A stretch of DNA of 64,000 nt. Origin: a virus. The notes under the pieces are model-generated. The model was not told the DNA's origin. It did not search any database and worked only from the letters and a program-made list of their open reading frames with translations. Each line of letters starts with the position of its first letter. The stretch's first letter is position 1. Of this stretch, positions 18,176 to 28,199 are shown one piece after another. The DNA is taken from the IMG/VR virus record IMGVR_UViG_3300035670_000033, positions 1 through 64,000 of that record. The stretch is one strand, 5' to 3'. A program made the position numbers and the translations under genes.

Positions 18176-21100
18176 TTGCTTCAACGGTTCACTTTGGCAT
18201 TTCGGCGTGTGTCAGCGCTCATCGTCTCGTTAGTACTGCTTGCTCTTTTTGTCCCTGTCTCTGCCGCTGAAGCAACATTTACAAGCCTTACAACGATTTC
18301 TGACAGTCAAGGGTTCCTCCAAGGTCAGTTCGCCGAGGTTGGGGTAAGGGCTAATGGTGCTTTTGGTTCAACTAGTGTTCCTACTGGTTTTCATCAAAAC
18401 TCTGGCACCTGTCTAGGTTTCCGCGTAGACCGCGAGATGGACGGATGGGGTGAAACCATTGATGATGGTGACTTCTTTTGTCCGGGTTCCCCTTTTGAAG
18501 GTTGGCAACTCAAAGTTGGTTCAGTAGCCAAAAACGATCACAGTCAAACAGGTGTTTCTGGCTCTGTTTCTGCTCCGCAAGCCTCTGGTTCGTCACAGTG
18601 TGTTTCGTGGGTTAGTGCAAGCCCATATAACGGTGTAAGTGTAGAACAGCGTTACTGTGTGCCAACCGCAGGTCAAGCGCTACACACCGATGTCACACTA
18701 ACGAACACGACAGGTTCTGCCATTTCTGATGTTTATTTTGGTCGCGGTTTTGATCCCGACAACTTCACTGGAACAGGGACAGTTCCCGATTGCGGTGGAG
18801 CACCCGCAAGCACGAGCACTTTTCAATCCTGTAACGCTGTAACAGGTCAGGGGACGGAGGCTCAGGCAACAGCCCGTTGGGGTAACGGTGCGTTTATTGC
18901 TTTACAATCTTTTGATGCTCGTGCCCGTGTAGCGCGTCAGGCGGGTGGTTTTTCTTCACCTGATCCATCAGATATTTGGACTGCTGGCGATACCTCTGCT
19001 TCATCAGGCACATATTACGGGAACATCGGTGAGTTTCAGGCTGACGCTGGTCTTTATGTTGCCCTTAAAGTTGAAACATTGGGCGCTGGCGCTTCAACAT
19101 CTTTCCGTGTTAGTTACGTCCTTTCCGCTGAAGGAAACAACGCCCCAGTAGTTGGTGCGCCAGTAGTTAGCGGAATTGGGCAAACAGGTGCCCATGTTGC
19201 CACAACGATCAACCCTAAAGGTTATTCAACAACAGCAACACTTGTTTATTCAACAAACTCAGACTTCTCTTCTTCGGCTTCTGCGCCAATGGGGACTTTT
19301 ACTGGTAGCGAAGAATTAACGGCTGAAACGGACATAACAGGTCTTGACCCAAGCGAGACTTACTATGCAAAGGTTGTTGCCACTAATGAAACTGGCACAA
19401 CAGAATCGGCATTATTCAACTTTGACACTCTTGATGCGACTGCGCCAATTGTCTCTTCAGAGGAACCAACGGTAACAGTTGATGATGGTCCTGTAACCCT
19501 TTCAGGAACATTAAACCCTAACGGTTTTAGTTCTACTGCAACATTCCAATACAGCACGACTGCCGATTTTTCTGGCACGGTAGTTGATGTCCCTGTTTCT
19601 GGAACTTTTGATGGAACATCACTTTCAACGGTTTCAACAGTTGTTTCAGGTCTGACTGGTTCAACCACATACTACTTCCGTCTTAAAGTAACTAACGACT
19701 CTGGTTCTGCATACGGTTCAACAATTTCTTTTGTGCCAGCAGACATACCTGCACCAACATCTTTGGTCGTAACAAGCCTTGATGACACAACCGCAAACGG
19801 AACACTTCGTTGGGCGATCACTCAAGCAAATGCCACTGCTGGTGGAATTTACGATGAAATCACCTTTGGCGTTGATGGAACAATAAATTTGTCAAGCGCG
19901 CTGCCACAGATAACACAAAACGTAACCATTACAGGTAACGGTAGGGTACAGACAATCATTGACGGTAATAATCTATATCGCCCGTTCAATGTTGGCTCAG
20001 GTAGATCGCTAACGATTTCCAACATGACTCTCAAGCAGGGTCAAGCAACTAACGGCGGTTTGGTATTCAACGGTCAAGGAACAGTTATTGCGACAAACAT
20101 CAGATTTACGGGGATGACTGGTGGTTCTGCCGTATTCAATAACAATGGCGGGTCAACTGCGACTTACACAAACTGTACTTTTGACTACCTCAATAACGGC
20201 ATTGCTGGCGACTATGGCTCAACACCACAACTTGCCACTGGCGTTACAACATGGGCAAGCGAGCCAGACTCGGTTTTCCAAAACAGAACATATGTAGATA
20301 ACTGTGTATTTGACAACAACAATGCTGGTATATACAACTATCGCTTCACAAAAGTAAATAACTCAACATTTACAAATAACAGTTACGGCGCTCATGTCAC
20401 TGGTTTGAATCGCACCCAAATACTGAACTCCACATTCACTAATAATGGTATTGGTGTTTATCACAACTCATGGATCCCTACTTCCTTTAACATGGGAGTG
20501 GACAACCGTTTGATTAGTGGAAACACCTTCACCAATAATGGAATTTCCATCTATCTTGATGACACCTATAACAATGGTCAAAAAAACCAATCGTGGTCAA
20601 CCATCACAGGCAACACATGGGACGCTCTCGGTGTTTGGGTTCGTCACTATCAACACAACGGAACCACGAATGCAGAAGGGACTGCACGCCCTTACACAAC
20701 AGGAACGGTATTCGCACAAAGTTCAAACACATTCCCCGACACAATTATTGCCCCAAGCAACCTAACGGCAACCGATACTGGTACAGGAATTCTTCTTGAC
20801 TGGGATGCACCAGTTGGTGGTGGCTATCTTCCTGAACGGTACGCAATTTCGTGGTCGGGGAGTCTTGGTGGAGGTGGAATCGCTACTGGAAATGTCGGTG
20901 GTGCGAATGCGCTGAATACATCAATTGAAATCCCGTATTCGGTCATCTATTCATTCGGCGAAGAGGGTGAAACATTTGCTTTCCACATCCGCTCAGATAA
21001 TGACACCTACAGTAAGTATTCCGCTAATTCAAATACTGTTTCAATTCAAGTTGGCACTTCTTCAAGTACAACGACTACGACTTCCACCGTTCCCGACGCC

Positions 21101-22816
21101 CCTCCAGTGACAGAAGTACCAACGGGGACATCGTTGCCAGAAACACCAATAACAACCATAACGGTGACGCCGTTGCCAGAAACACCAGCAACAGACGGAA
21201 CAGATCCCATGATTCCGCCAACAGAGACAGGAACAGATCTAGAACCATTACCTGATTATACCGTCCCTACAGAAGAACCCATCGTTCTCCCTGAGATTCC
21301 CGACGCTGGCGAACCTATAACAACGGGCGACCTCACAGACATTCTGGATACAACTTTCACGCCTGATGCATCCACGGAAGAAATCACTGCGGTGCTTGAT
21401 GGTTTGTTACGCACGGAACTAACTGGTAAACAGTTTGATGCTGTTATTGATGCAACTCTTGGTTCGCTTGATGAGCCGGGTGCTGATGTTGGTGCTGTTC
21501 TTGACACATTCCTAGATGCAGATCTCAGCGACAAAGAGTTTACGAAAGTTCTTGATGCTGTGTTCTCTGAGGATGTTTCTGCTGAAGTTTTCACTGAGGC
21601 TTTAACAACGATGCTTAGTGCAGACATTAGTGATGCTGAGTTTGCGAAAGTTCTTGATTCAGCGTTTTCTGCGGATGCTTCTGCTGAAGCAATGGTTTCT
21701 GCTCTTGGCGCGATATTTGACGGACCAGTAAGCGCTGGCGATGTTTCCACAATTATGGACGCGGTGTTTGACGAAGACATTTCTGTTGCGGACGCTGGTG
21801 CTGTTTTGAGTGATCTGCTTTCAGGTGATTTGTCTGGTGCAAGTCTTGAGGCTGTGTTTGACAGCGTCTTTGACGGTGACCTTTCTGCTGGCGACACTGT
21901 GGCTCTTGCTAAAACCATTCTTGCTAAGCCGTTGAGCGATGAAGAGTTCGGCACTGTTATCAATGCGATCTTTGACGAAATAGTTTCTGACGAAGTATTG
22001 GTTGGCACTTTTGGCGCTGTTTTGGATACAGAACTAACGGTAGAGAAGTTTGCTGAAGTTGTCAATGTTCTTGAAAACGCAAATATCACAAATGATCAGG
22101 TTTCACAAGTGGTTGATTTGATCGTCAGCCAAGATGGGGGTGTCTCTGGTGAACAAGCGACGGAACTGGCAACAAGCCCCAAGGTACTTGAAAGCATTGA
22201 CGGTGAACAAGCGTCGGCAGTGTTTAGCGCAGTCGTTGTTGCCGAGGTCTCGGAAGAAGCGGGTGCTCAAATTGCCGAGGCACTTGCGAACGCGGGAACA
22301 GATGTAAAAGAATCTTTTGAAGAAGAGATCAATGTGTTCGCTGGCGTGTTTGATACCTATGTCGCTTTGGGTTCAACTATTGATGTTGGTGACCGTCGTA
22401 CTGTTATTGCGGTTGGCGCTGCTGTAGTTGCTGTTGCTGGTGTTATTGGGGCTGTTGGAGGCTCTGGTGGTGGCTCTGGTGGCAATTCTGGTGGTGGTTC
22501 GCCTCAGGGTTCTAATAACAACGTTGCTCGCAAGCCTGAGGAAGAAGAAATGAATGGTGAAATCGCAGGCGATGGCGTGGAGTGGATAAAAGAACTTTCT
22601 ATTTTCAGGTATAATAATGGAGTTAAAATTTTAGATTGGGGTCTTTTTGTGAAAAAACTATTTTTTGGTTTCATTAACCTTGGTTTCACTATTTCGGGTT
22701 CGCTCGTTGTCTATTTGACACTTTCGGGGGATATTCAAACGATCGCTGGTGTCTCGTCGGTTTTGGCTCTTATTGGTGCACTGTATCTGCACATGAAGGA
22801 ACCTGACAACAATTAA
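18176..22816 (+). CDS. Large secreted, membrane-anchored multidomain surface protein (1546 aa)
   Basis: Signal-peptide-like N-terminus; FN3-like repeats; Asn-rich beta-helix; Pro/Thr linker; acidic helical repeats; hydrophobic C-terminal segments. Confidence 0.75.
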   Translation: MLQRFTLAFRRVSALIVSLVLLALFVPVSAAEATFTSLTTISDSQGFLQGQFAEVGVRANGAFGSTSVPTGFHQNSGTCLGFRVDREMDGWGETIDDGDFFCPGSPFEGWQLKVGSVAKNDHSQTGVSGSVSAPQASGSSQCVSWVSASPYNGVSVEQRYCVPTAGQALHTDVTLTNTTGSAISDVYFGRGFDPDNFTGTGTVPDCGGAPASTSTFQSCNAVTGQGTEAQATARWGNGAFIALQSFDARARVARQAGGFSSPDPSDIWTAGDTSASSGTYYGNIGEFQADAGLYVALKVETLGAGASTSFRVSYVLSAEGNNAPVVGAPVVSGIGQTGAHVATTINPKGYSTTATLVYSTNSDFSSSASAPMGTFTGSEELTAETDITGLDPSETYYAKVVATNETGTTESALFNFDTLDATAPIVSSEEPTVTVDDGPVTLSGTLNPNGFSSTATFQYSTTADFSGTVVDVPVSGTFDGTSLSTVSTVVSGLTGSTTYYFRLKVTNDSGSAYGSTISFVPADIPAPTSLVVTSLDDTTANGTLRWAITQANATAGGIYDEITFGVDGTINLSSALPQITQNVTITGNGRVQTIIDGNNLYRPFNVGSGRSLTISNMTLKQGQATNGGLVFNGQGTVIATNIRFTGMTGGSAVFNNNGGSTATYTNCTFDYLNNGIAGDYGSTPQLATGVTTWASEPDSVFQNRTYVDNCVFDNNNAGIYNYRFTKVNNSTFTNNSYGAHVTGLNRTQILNSTFTNNGIGVYHNSWIPTSFNMGVDNRLISGNTFTNNGISIYLDDTYNNGQKNQSWSTITGNTWDALGVWVRHYQHNGTTNAEGTARPYTTGTVFAQSSNTFPDTIIAPSNLTATDTGTGILLDWDAPVGGGYLPERYAISWSGSLGGGGIATGNVGGANALNTSIEIPYSVIYSFGEEGETFAFHIRSDNDTYSKYSANSNTVSIQVGTSSSTTTTTSTVPDAPPVTEVPTGTSLPETPITTITVTPLPETPATDGTDPMIPPTETGTDLEPLPDYTVPTEEPIVLPEIPDAGEPITTGDLTDILDTTFTPDASTEEITAVLDGLLRTELTGKQFDAVIDATLGSLDEPGADVGAVLDTFLDADLSDKEFTKVLDAVFSEDVSAEVFTEALTTMLSADISDAEFAKVLDSAFSADASAEAMVSALGAIFDGPVSAGDVSTIMDAVFDEDISVADAGAVLSDLLSGDLSGASLEAVFDSVFDGDLSAGDTVALAKTILAKPLSDEEFGTVINAIFDEIVSDEVLVGTFGAVLDTELTVEKFAEVVNVLENANITNDQVSQVVDLIVSQDGGVSGEQATELATSPKVLESIDGEQASAVFSAVVVAEVSEEAGAQIAEALANAGTDVKESFEEEINVFAGVFDTYVALGSTIDVGDRRTVIAVGAAVVAVAGVIGAVGGSGGGSGGNSGGGSPQGSNNNVARKPEEEEMNGEIAGDGVEWIKELSIFRYNNGVKILDWGLFVKKLFFGFINLGFTISGSLVVYLTLSGDIQTIAGVSSVLALIGALYLHMKEPDNN

Positions 22817-22878
22817 TGTAATATATCTTATGGTGTATAATATTTAAGTTATTCACCATAAGATATAAAGGATTGACG

Positions 22879-23679
22879 ATGTCAAAAGTCGCATGGGATT
22901 ACATAGTCCCTGTCAAGTTGCCAAAAGATCTTCAAGGTATTGAACCGGGTAAACTTCCGGCACATCTCCTGCGCACTGTTCCCGGTGGCGGAAAACTGCA
23001 TCACATCGCCTCCTACGCATGGGAGGCAATGGTTGACCGCGCCAAAAAAGAGGGCGTTGAACTAAAACCGACTTCCAGCGGCGACACATACCGCGAGTAC
23101 GAGTTGCAAAAAAGAGGATTTTTAAGCCGCTACCAACTTCAACCAATTCCCGGACAGAGCACCAAAACGTTTGAAGGCAAAACTTGGTACCTCAAGAAAG
23201 GTATGGCGATGCTTGCCACACCGGGTAAATCGCAGCATAACCTCGGATTGGCGGTTGATGTTCATTCAGCAAGCGATCCGAAGCGCCTCAAGTGGCTGAT
23301 TGCCAATGTTAAAGATTTCGGATTTAGTTGGGAAGTAGTTCCAAGCGAACCATGGCATTTGCGTTATGTATGTGGCGACAATGTTCCCGCAGCGGTACTT
23401 GAGTTCGCTGGCGGTTCTTTGCCGAACATTTCGGCTCCTGCAAATAGTGCACCTAAAGCACAAAAAAGTGTTGCACCAGCATCAAGCACCAATGATGGTG
23501 ACAGTGACGCAAAGAAACTTCAGCAAGCATTGAAGGATAAAGGGTTTTACAAAGGCAAAGTTGATGGAGATATCGGTCCGCAAACCCAAAATGCTATCAA
23601 GGCTTTCAAGGTGGCTAACAAACTAAAGGCTGATCACATAGTTGGACCTAAAGTAAAAGAGTTGCTCGGTCTCAAATGA
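22879..23679 (+). CDS. Endolysin: M15 (VanY-like) peptidase plus peptidoglycan-binding domain
   Basis: SQHNLGLAVD and EPWHLRY zinc-peptidase motifs; C-terminal LQQALK..GFY.G.VDG.IGPQT PG-binding motif. Confidence 0.88.
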   Translation: MSKVAWDYIVPVKLPKDLQGIEPGKLPAHLLRTVPGGGKLHHIASYAWEAMVDRAKKEGVELKPTSSGDTYREYELQKRGFLSRYQLQPIPGQSTKTFEGKTWYLKKGMAMLATPGKSQHNLGLAVDVHSASDPKRLKWLIANVKDFGFSWEVVPSEPWHLRYVCGDNVPAAVLEFAGGSLPNISAPANSAPKAQKSVAPASSTNDGDSDAKKLQQALKDKGFYKGKVDGDIGPQTQNAIKAFKVANKLKADHIVGPKVKELLGLK

Positions 23680-23833
23680 GTCGTTACGCCTCTTCCGATC
23701 AGACTTCAAAAGTCATTGAGTCACGCAATGAAGAGTTTCTATCTTCAATTTTGATTGTCAAAGAAAAACAAAAAAACACTAAATCAAAGTCAACAAAAAA
23801 GAAGCCAACAAAGGCGTAAAGGAGAGATACCGA

Positions 23834-24064
23834 ATGGACGCTACATGGGCTGCTGTTGTGACTGGTGCATTTGGTCTTCTGATGCTTTTAATTGAAAAGG
23901 GTCGCCGAGAAAATGTTCGTGATCACGGTTTTGTGAAAGATCGTTTGGACTCGCTAAAAGAAGATATTGCCGATATTGACAGCGATCTAACTGTTATTGA
24001 ACTAAAGATAGATGGTCACCTTTCAGATCATGCTTCCTCATCTTTGAAAAAGGGAAAAAAATGA
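23834..24064 (+). CDS. Small membrane protein (holin-like or lysis-associated)
   Basis: N-terminal TM helix followed by a coiled coil; downstream of the endolysin. Confidence 0.5.
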   Translation: MDATWAAVVTGAFGLLMLLIEKGRRENVRDHGFVKDRLDSLKEDIADIDSDLTVIELKIDGHLSDHASSSLKKGKK

Positions 24065-24288
24065 GCAAGAAACCAGCAAAAAAACCATCTTCTAGTGCCA
24101 CACCACCTGCACCGAAGATTGACACCGGAATCAATGTGATGTACATAGGTTACAAGGGTGTAAAACACACTTGCCCTCATTGTGGCAGTTCTCGTGGAAA
24201 AGGAATGGTTCGTGAATATAAATCTGTTCTTTATTGCGGTATTGGTTGTGTTCTTTCATACAAGCGAATTAACGAGGTTCAACAATGA
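24061..24288 (+). CDS. Small zinc-finger-like protein
   Basis: CPHC...CGIGC; coupled to neighbours. Confidence 0.5.
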   Translation: MSKKPAKKPSSSATPPAPKIDTGINVMYIGYKGVKHTCPHCGSSRGKGMVREYKSVLYCGIGCVLSYKRINEVQQ

Positions 24289-24557
24289 AAAAAGATTTGT
24301 TTATAAATGTCCTTCTTAGAATTCTTGCTACTTTCGCCGCATCTGGTCTTGGTGTTATCGGTGCAGGAACTATCGCTGGTGTTCCAGTACTCAAGGCTGT
24401 CTTCATGGCTGGAATTGCAGGGGTTGCAGTCGTGATTGAAGGTTTGTCAAGGGCTTTTCTTGAAGATGGGAAACTTTCAAATTCCGAAATCAACGATGTT
24501 TTTAATAAGGTTGATCGGAAATCTCCTGCAAAGGCAAAGGCGAATGAAACGGCTTAG
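24285..24557 (+). CDS. Putative holin
   Basis: Two hydrophobic helices and a basic C-terminus, near the endolysin. Confidence 0.55.
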   Translation: MKKDLFINVLLRILATFAASGLGVIGAGTIAGVPVLKAVFMAGIAGVAVVIEGLSRAFLEDGKLSNSEINDVFNKVDRKSPAKAKANETA

Positions 24558-24768
24558 TCTTGTATTCGTATCCGTTCTTGCTTTTGCTTCTTGTGGTTAT
24601 GACGGAAATTATCGTTACGAATGTCAAGACCCGGAAAACTGGGGCAAAAGTGAATGCGAACCGCCGATATGCGAGGTAGATGGCGCGTGCACGAAAACGC
24701 TACTTGGATGGGATCCAAGCGAAACAACCGTAGAAACAATTCCAGTAGAGGAGACAGTAGCGCCATGA
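24544..24768 (+). CDS. Small Cys-rich lipoprotein
   Basis: MKRLSLVFVSVLAFASC lipobox-like signal; start at ATG 24544. Confidence 0.65.
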   Translation: MKRLSLVFVSVLAFASCGYDGNYRYECQDPENWGKSECEPPICEVDGACTKTLLGWDPSETTVETIPVEETVAP

Positions 24769-25058
24769 AAAATCGTCTAACACCAGCAGAACTAGATGCA
24801 CGCCTTAAGTTCATTATTGGTTGCATGCTTGGCTTTGTTCTGATGATTACAACGATCGGAGTCCTCTGGGCACTTGTATTTGTTACACAACCAATTGGTG
24901 CTCAAGCCGAAAATGACAAAATGTTCTTTGGTGTACTGTCAAGTGTTGCAACTTTCATTACAGGGACTCTTGCAGGACTCATGATTTCTACAGGTCGCAA
25001 CGCTGAAGACAAAGACGGTAACGGAATCCCCGATCACCTAGAAGAAAAAGGTAATTAA
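24765..25058 (+). CDS. Two-TM membrane protein
   Basis: Two hydrophobic helices; ATGA overlap with the lipoprotein gene. Confidence 0.6.
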   Translation: MKNRLTPAELDARLKFIIGCMLGFVLMITTIGVLWALVFVTQPIGAQAENDKMFFGVLSSVATFITGTLAGLMISTGRNAEDKDGNGIPDHLEEKGN

Positions 25059-25059
25059 C

Positions 25060-25743
25060 ATGGCTGATAAAAATGGCAACGGAATTGTTTACCACCGCTC
25101 AGACTGTGGTGATGATTATGTGAGAATGTATTTTTTTGGTGGCGATGCACCAGGTTCTTGCTGTGACACATGGGGACTCAATAGCCAAGCAATACGGTAC
25201 ATCCACGACCACCCCGAGGAGAATCACAGACTTGAAGACATACTTCATATGGAACTGGAAGCAGTCCTTCCAGTCTTAGAAGAAGGCTGGGAAAGAGTAG
25301 AGGAAGGCGTAGTAGATGCATACAAATGGGTTGATGCAAACGCTTGCAACATAGCAGTAACCGCAGCAATTTCTGCTGGAGTTGTTGCCTTATTTACACC
25401 AGTGCAACCCGAGGGTGCGGCAACATCATCCGCCCTTTCCTTAATGGCACAGCCAGTTCTCTATGTTACGGATATGGCGCTCAAAGCGACAGTTGTGGCA
25501 GGAATGACCAAAATGATAACCGAAGGGTTTTTGCTCATTCCTTACGTAAGCGACAGCATTGACCACACATTGTTGAGCAACATAATTTCAAATTGTTTAG
25601 CCAAGAGTTTAGATTCAGCAGAATTGTGGGCGACACCAGCAGGTGTTGGTATCGCAATCGGTGCGGCATTTGCACCTGTTATTGCAGATTTGATTTGCAA
25701 GAAAACATGCCCAGAGGGATTTACAAAAGCGTTTGGTGCGTAA
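25060..25743 (+). CDS. Hypothetical protein with hydrophobic helical C-terminal half
   Basis: 227-aa ORF with Ala/Gly-rich hydrophobic segments. Confidence 0.6.
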   Translation: MADKNGNGIVYHRSDCGDDYVRMYFFGGDAPGSCCDTWGLNSQAIRYIHDHPEENHRLEDILHMELEAVLPVLEEGWERVEEGVVDAYKWVDANACNIAVTAAISAGVVALFTPVQPEGAATSSALSLMAQPVLYVTDMALKATVVAGMTKMITEGFLLIPYVSDSIDHTLLSNIISNCLAKSLDSAELWATPAGVGIAIGAAFAPVIADLICKKTCPEGFTKAFGA

Positions 25744-25745
25744 AA

Positions 25746-25994
25746 TTGAAAGTCTGGATTGATCAAGACTTATGTACTGGCGATGGTCTTTGCGCGGAGA
25801 TAGCCCCAGATGTGTTTCACATGATGCCGGACGGGCTTGCGTATGTGCGCGAAGGGGACAAGATTTATGCGTCCGCTGTGGGGAACCCAGAAGGAGCGGA
25901 AGGAATGGCTTCTTTCGCAGACGAAAGACTTGCTGATGTCATTGAGGCTGCTGAGGAATGTCCTGGGGAATGCATTTTTCTAGACGCAGACTGA
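25746..25994 (+). CDS. fdx: Single-cluster ferredoxin (actinobacterial type)
   Basis: TTG start; MKVWIDQDLCTGDGLCAEIAPDVF...AAEECPGECI with CxxDxxC...CP cluster ligands. Confidence 0.88.
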   Translation: MKVWIDQDLCTGDGLCAEIAPDVFHMMPDGLAYVREGDKIYASAVGNPEGAEGMASFADERLADVIEAAEECPGECIFLDAD

Positions 25995-26082
25995 ATGGTA
26001 GAATAGAGGGTAGGAGAGGATCCCCTGCTTTTTGCGTGTAGGAGTGCTGATTCTGTTTTTTGTAGTCTAAACGAACTAGACT

Positions 26083-26424
26083 TTGCTTATGGTTAATACC
26101 GACGAAGAGATCAAGTGGCATAACGACGGGCACAATATTTCGTTGTTGTTAAACAAAGACAAACTTGAAATCATTGGGGTTTTTTGCCCTAACAAAGGTA
26201 AAGAGGATTCTTTTTGCTCCCACGATGATGTCCCTTGTGTTATAGAACATTTTTTAAACATTTATGGTCTTGAATGCAATGTTGGGGTTGTTAATCCAAG
26301 TGCGGAGATAACTGTTGCGTGGGCTTTCATTGGGGACAGACACAAAGATTTGGGTTCTTGTCAGGTTTGGGTTATTCCAACTGAGGATGAGGCTTTTTCT
26401 GCTTGGATTGCAACGCAAGCATAG
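26083..26424 (+). CDS. Hypothetical protein
   Basis: 113-aa ORF with several Cys. Confidence 0.5.
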   Translation: MLMVNTDEEIKWHNDGHNISLLLNKDKLEIIGVFCPNKGKEDSFCSHDDVPCVIEHFLNIYGLECNVGVVNPSAEITVAWAFIGDRHKDLGSCQVWVIPTEDEAFSAWIATQA

Positions 26425-26525
26425 TCAGTCGTCGTCTTCTACTCCTCTGTCACCGCATTCAGGGTTCTCTGGAATGGGTTTGTCGCATGGACATTTATAG
26501 TTTCGTACACCGATTACGACCATAA

Positions 26526-26984
26526 CTATCTTTTTGTTTCTTGAAATCCGAGCGTCAGACCTAACGTTGGTTCTAGTGTTTGGTACCAATTGCCTTTTTT
26601 CATGAGTATTCCTGTTGCTCCTGTTTTCTCGCATGTTCGGGCAGAAAGTTGCTCATATTTGTCTATTATGGTTCTGAAATTATCGGCATGTTTTGTTCGG
26701 GATGGTTCGGCATAGTAGCGCAGTGTTCCGAATTTTTGTTTTATTTGCAAAATGGTGTAGTTCGGGTCAACTGTTAGTAGTTCACTATGACAGTTGGCGA
26801 TAAGTTCTAGCCATCCGTCCTCACAGTCAATTTCGTGGTTCCATCCTTTGGCGAAACTTTTTAGGATGTTTTGTTTTACAACTGTTATATCAACATCTGT
26901 GAAGGTTTCTTCTTCTTTGTGATCCCATGCTGTTGGGGTTTGTTGGACGATTCCGCGGAAGAATTTTTCAATGAGTTTGAACAT
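26526..26984 (-). CDS. Conserved phage hypothetical protein
   Basis: GW..LI...ILQIKQKFGTLRYY motif that I recognise from other phages. Confidence 0.6.
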   Translation of the reverse strand: MFKLIEKFFRGIVQQTPTAWDHKEEETFTDVDITVVKQNILKSFAKGWNHEIDCEDGWLELIANCHSELLTVDPNYTILQIKQKFGTLRYYAEPSRTKHADNFRTIIDKYEQLSARTCEKTGATGILMKKGNWYQTLEPTLGLTLGFQETKR

Positions 26985-26988
26985 GTTT

Positions 26989-27759
26989 TTACATTTCGGT
27001 TGTGATGACCATGTGGTCGTCGTAGGTGTATTGGCTTTCTGGTGGTGTTGTGTCTACCACAAGCATTCTCATGAGCCATCTGTCTGTGCCGTCGTATCGG
27101 GCTGTGAATGACTTTCTTCCGTGAACGAGTTTTCTGTTGTCCAATATTAGGACATCTCCTGTTTGTAGGATGATTTCTTTGGTGTGTTTTTTGATTGATG
27201 TGAGCAGTTTGTCTAATGCTTCTTGCGCTTGGAAGGTTTTACCTCTCATAAAATATTCGTCAAAACAGATATGTGTTCCTTCTGTTGTGTCGGTGAGTAT
27301 TGGTAAAAGTATGTTTTTGTTTGGTTCTCCGTGGGTTCTGAAACTTTCATCAATTGATGTGATGAACAACGGTTCTTTTAGGTAGAAGATTGTTTCTTCG
27401 TCTAGGGAGGAGATGATTTCGTCAACAATTGCGAAGGTTGTGGCTGCTTGTAGGTCTTGTCTGAGGCACATGAGCAAAACGTGTGATGGGGCGTATGGGT
27501 GGAATGCTGTTTCTGTGTGTAGTTCTAGGTTTGTTTTTGATGATGACGATATTTGGGTGGATTCGGTTTTTTGTATAGGGAAAATGTGTTGTATGAGTCT
27601 TCCGTTTTGTTCTTGTTTGTATGCGGTTGGGAGACCGTATTTGTATGCGATTCGTTTTAGGGCGTGTTCTGCGTGTTTGATTTCTGGAACTTGGTCTAAG
27701 GACATGGGGGTGGCGGGTATTTCCCCTATGTCTACGCCTTTGAACAGTATCCAACTCAT
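26989..27759 (-). CDS. Clavaminate-synthase/AsnO-like (TauD family) Fe(II)/2OG dioxygenase
   Basis: LELHTETAFHP (HxE), LILDNRKLVHGR, YDGTDRWLMR. Confidence 0.88.
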   Translation of the reverse strand: MSWILFKGVDIGEIPATPMSLDQVPEIKHAEHALKRIAYKYGLPTAYKQEQNGRLIQHIFPIQKTESTQISSSSKTNLELHTETAFHPYAPSHVLLMCLRQDLQAATTFAIVDEIISSLDEETIFYLKEPLFITSIDESFRTHGEPNKNILLPILTDTTEGTHICFDEYFMRGKTFQAQEALDKLLTSIKKHTKEIILQTGDVLILDNRKLVHGRKSFTARYDGTDRWLMRMLVVDTTPPESQYTYDDHMVITTEM

Positions 27760-28199
27760 GGTGATATCACTTTAGACGAGGGGATGGCTTCAAAAAGTGT
27801 GCGTATTAGTCTGCGCAGGTCGGGGTGATATACAGCGTTGTTTAGGTTTATATGGTATTCGTAGCGTCCTTTGACTTTTGTTCTTGCTACAAGCCCGTTT
27901 TTGCTCAATAGAGATATGGCTTTAATGATTGAGGTGTTGGTTACACCCAATGTGGTGGCTAATTCACGGACAGTTAGACCCGGTGTTTGGATCAGATACA
28001 GCAGAACCCTGCCGGGTGGGGTTAAGAGATTGACATTGCTTTTGGGCGTGTAGGCGATGATGTTCTGTTCGTCTAGTTCTTCAAGTATTGATTCAACGAT
28101 TTCTTTTGCTGAAAGGTTTTTTGCTTGGGCGTTTTTGACTACTCGTTCTAGTGGTCCTCGTATTGCATGATCTCTTCTGTTGTCATGATTGGACGCCAT
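27756..28199 (-). CDS. Winged-HTH (MarR-like) regulator
   Basis: LTVRELATTLGVTNTSIIKAISLLSKNGLV wHTH. Confidence 0.75.
   Translation of the reverse strand: MASNHDNRRDHAIRGPLERVVKNAQAKNLSAKEIVESILEELDEQNIIAYTPKSNVNLLTPPGRVLLYLIQTPGLTVRELATTLGVTNTSIIKAISLLSKNGLVARTKVKGRYEYHINLNNAVYHPDLRRLIRTLFEAIPSSKVISP

Noticed and set aside
21256-22089. 277-aa minus-strand ORF
   Set aside because: Antisense shadow of the large surface protein; low-complexity Ser/Thr/Ala translation, no RBS.
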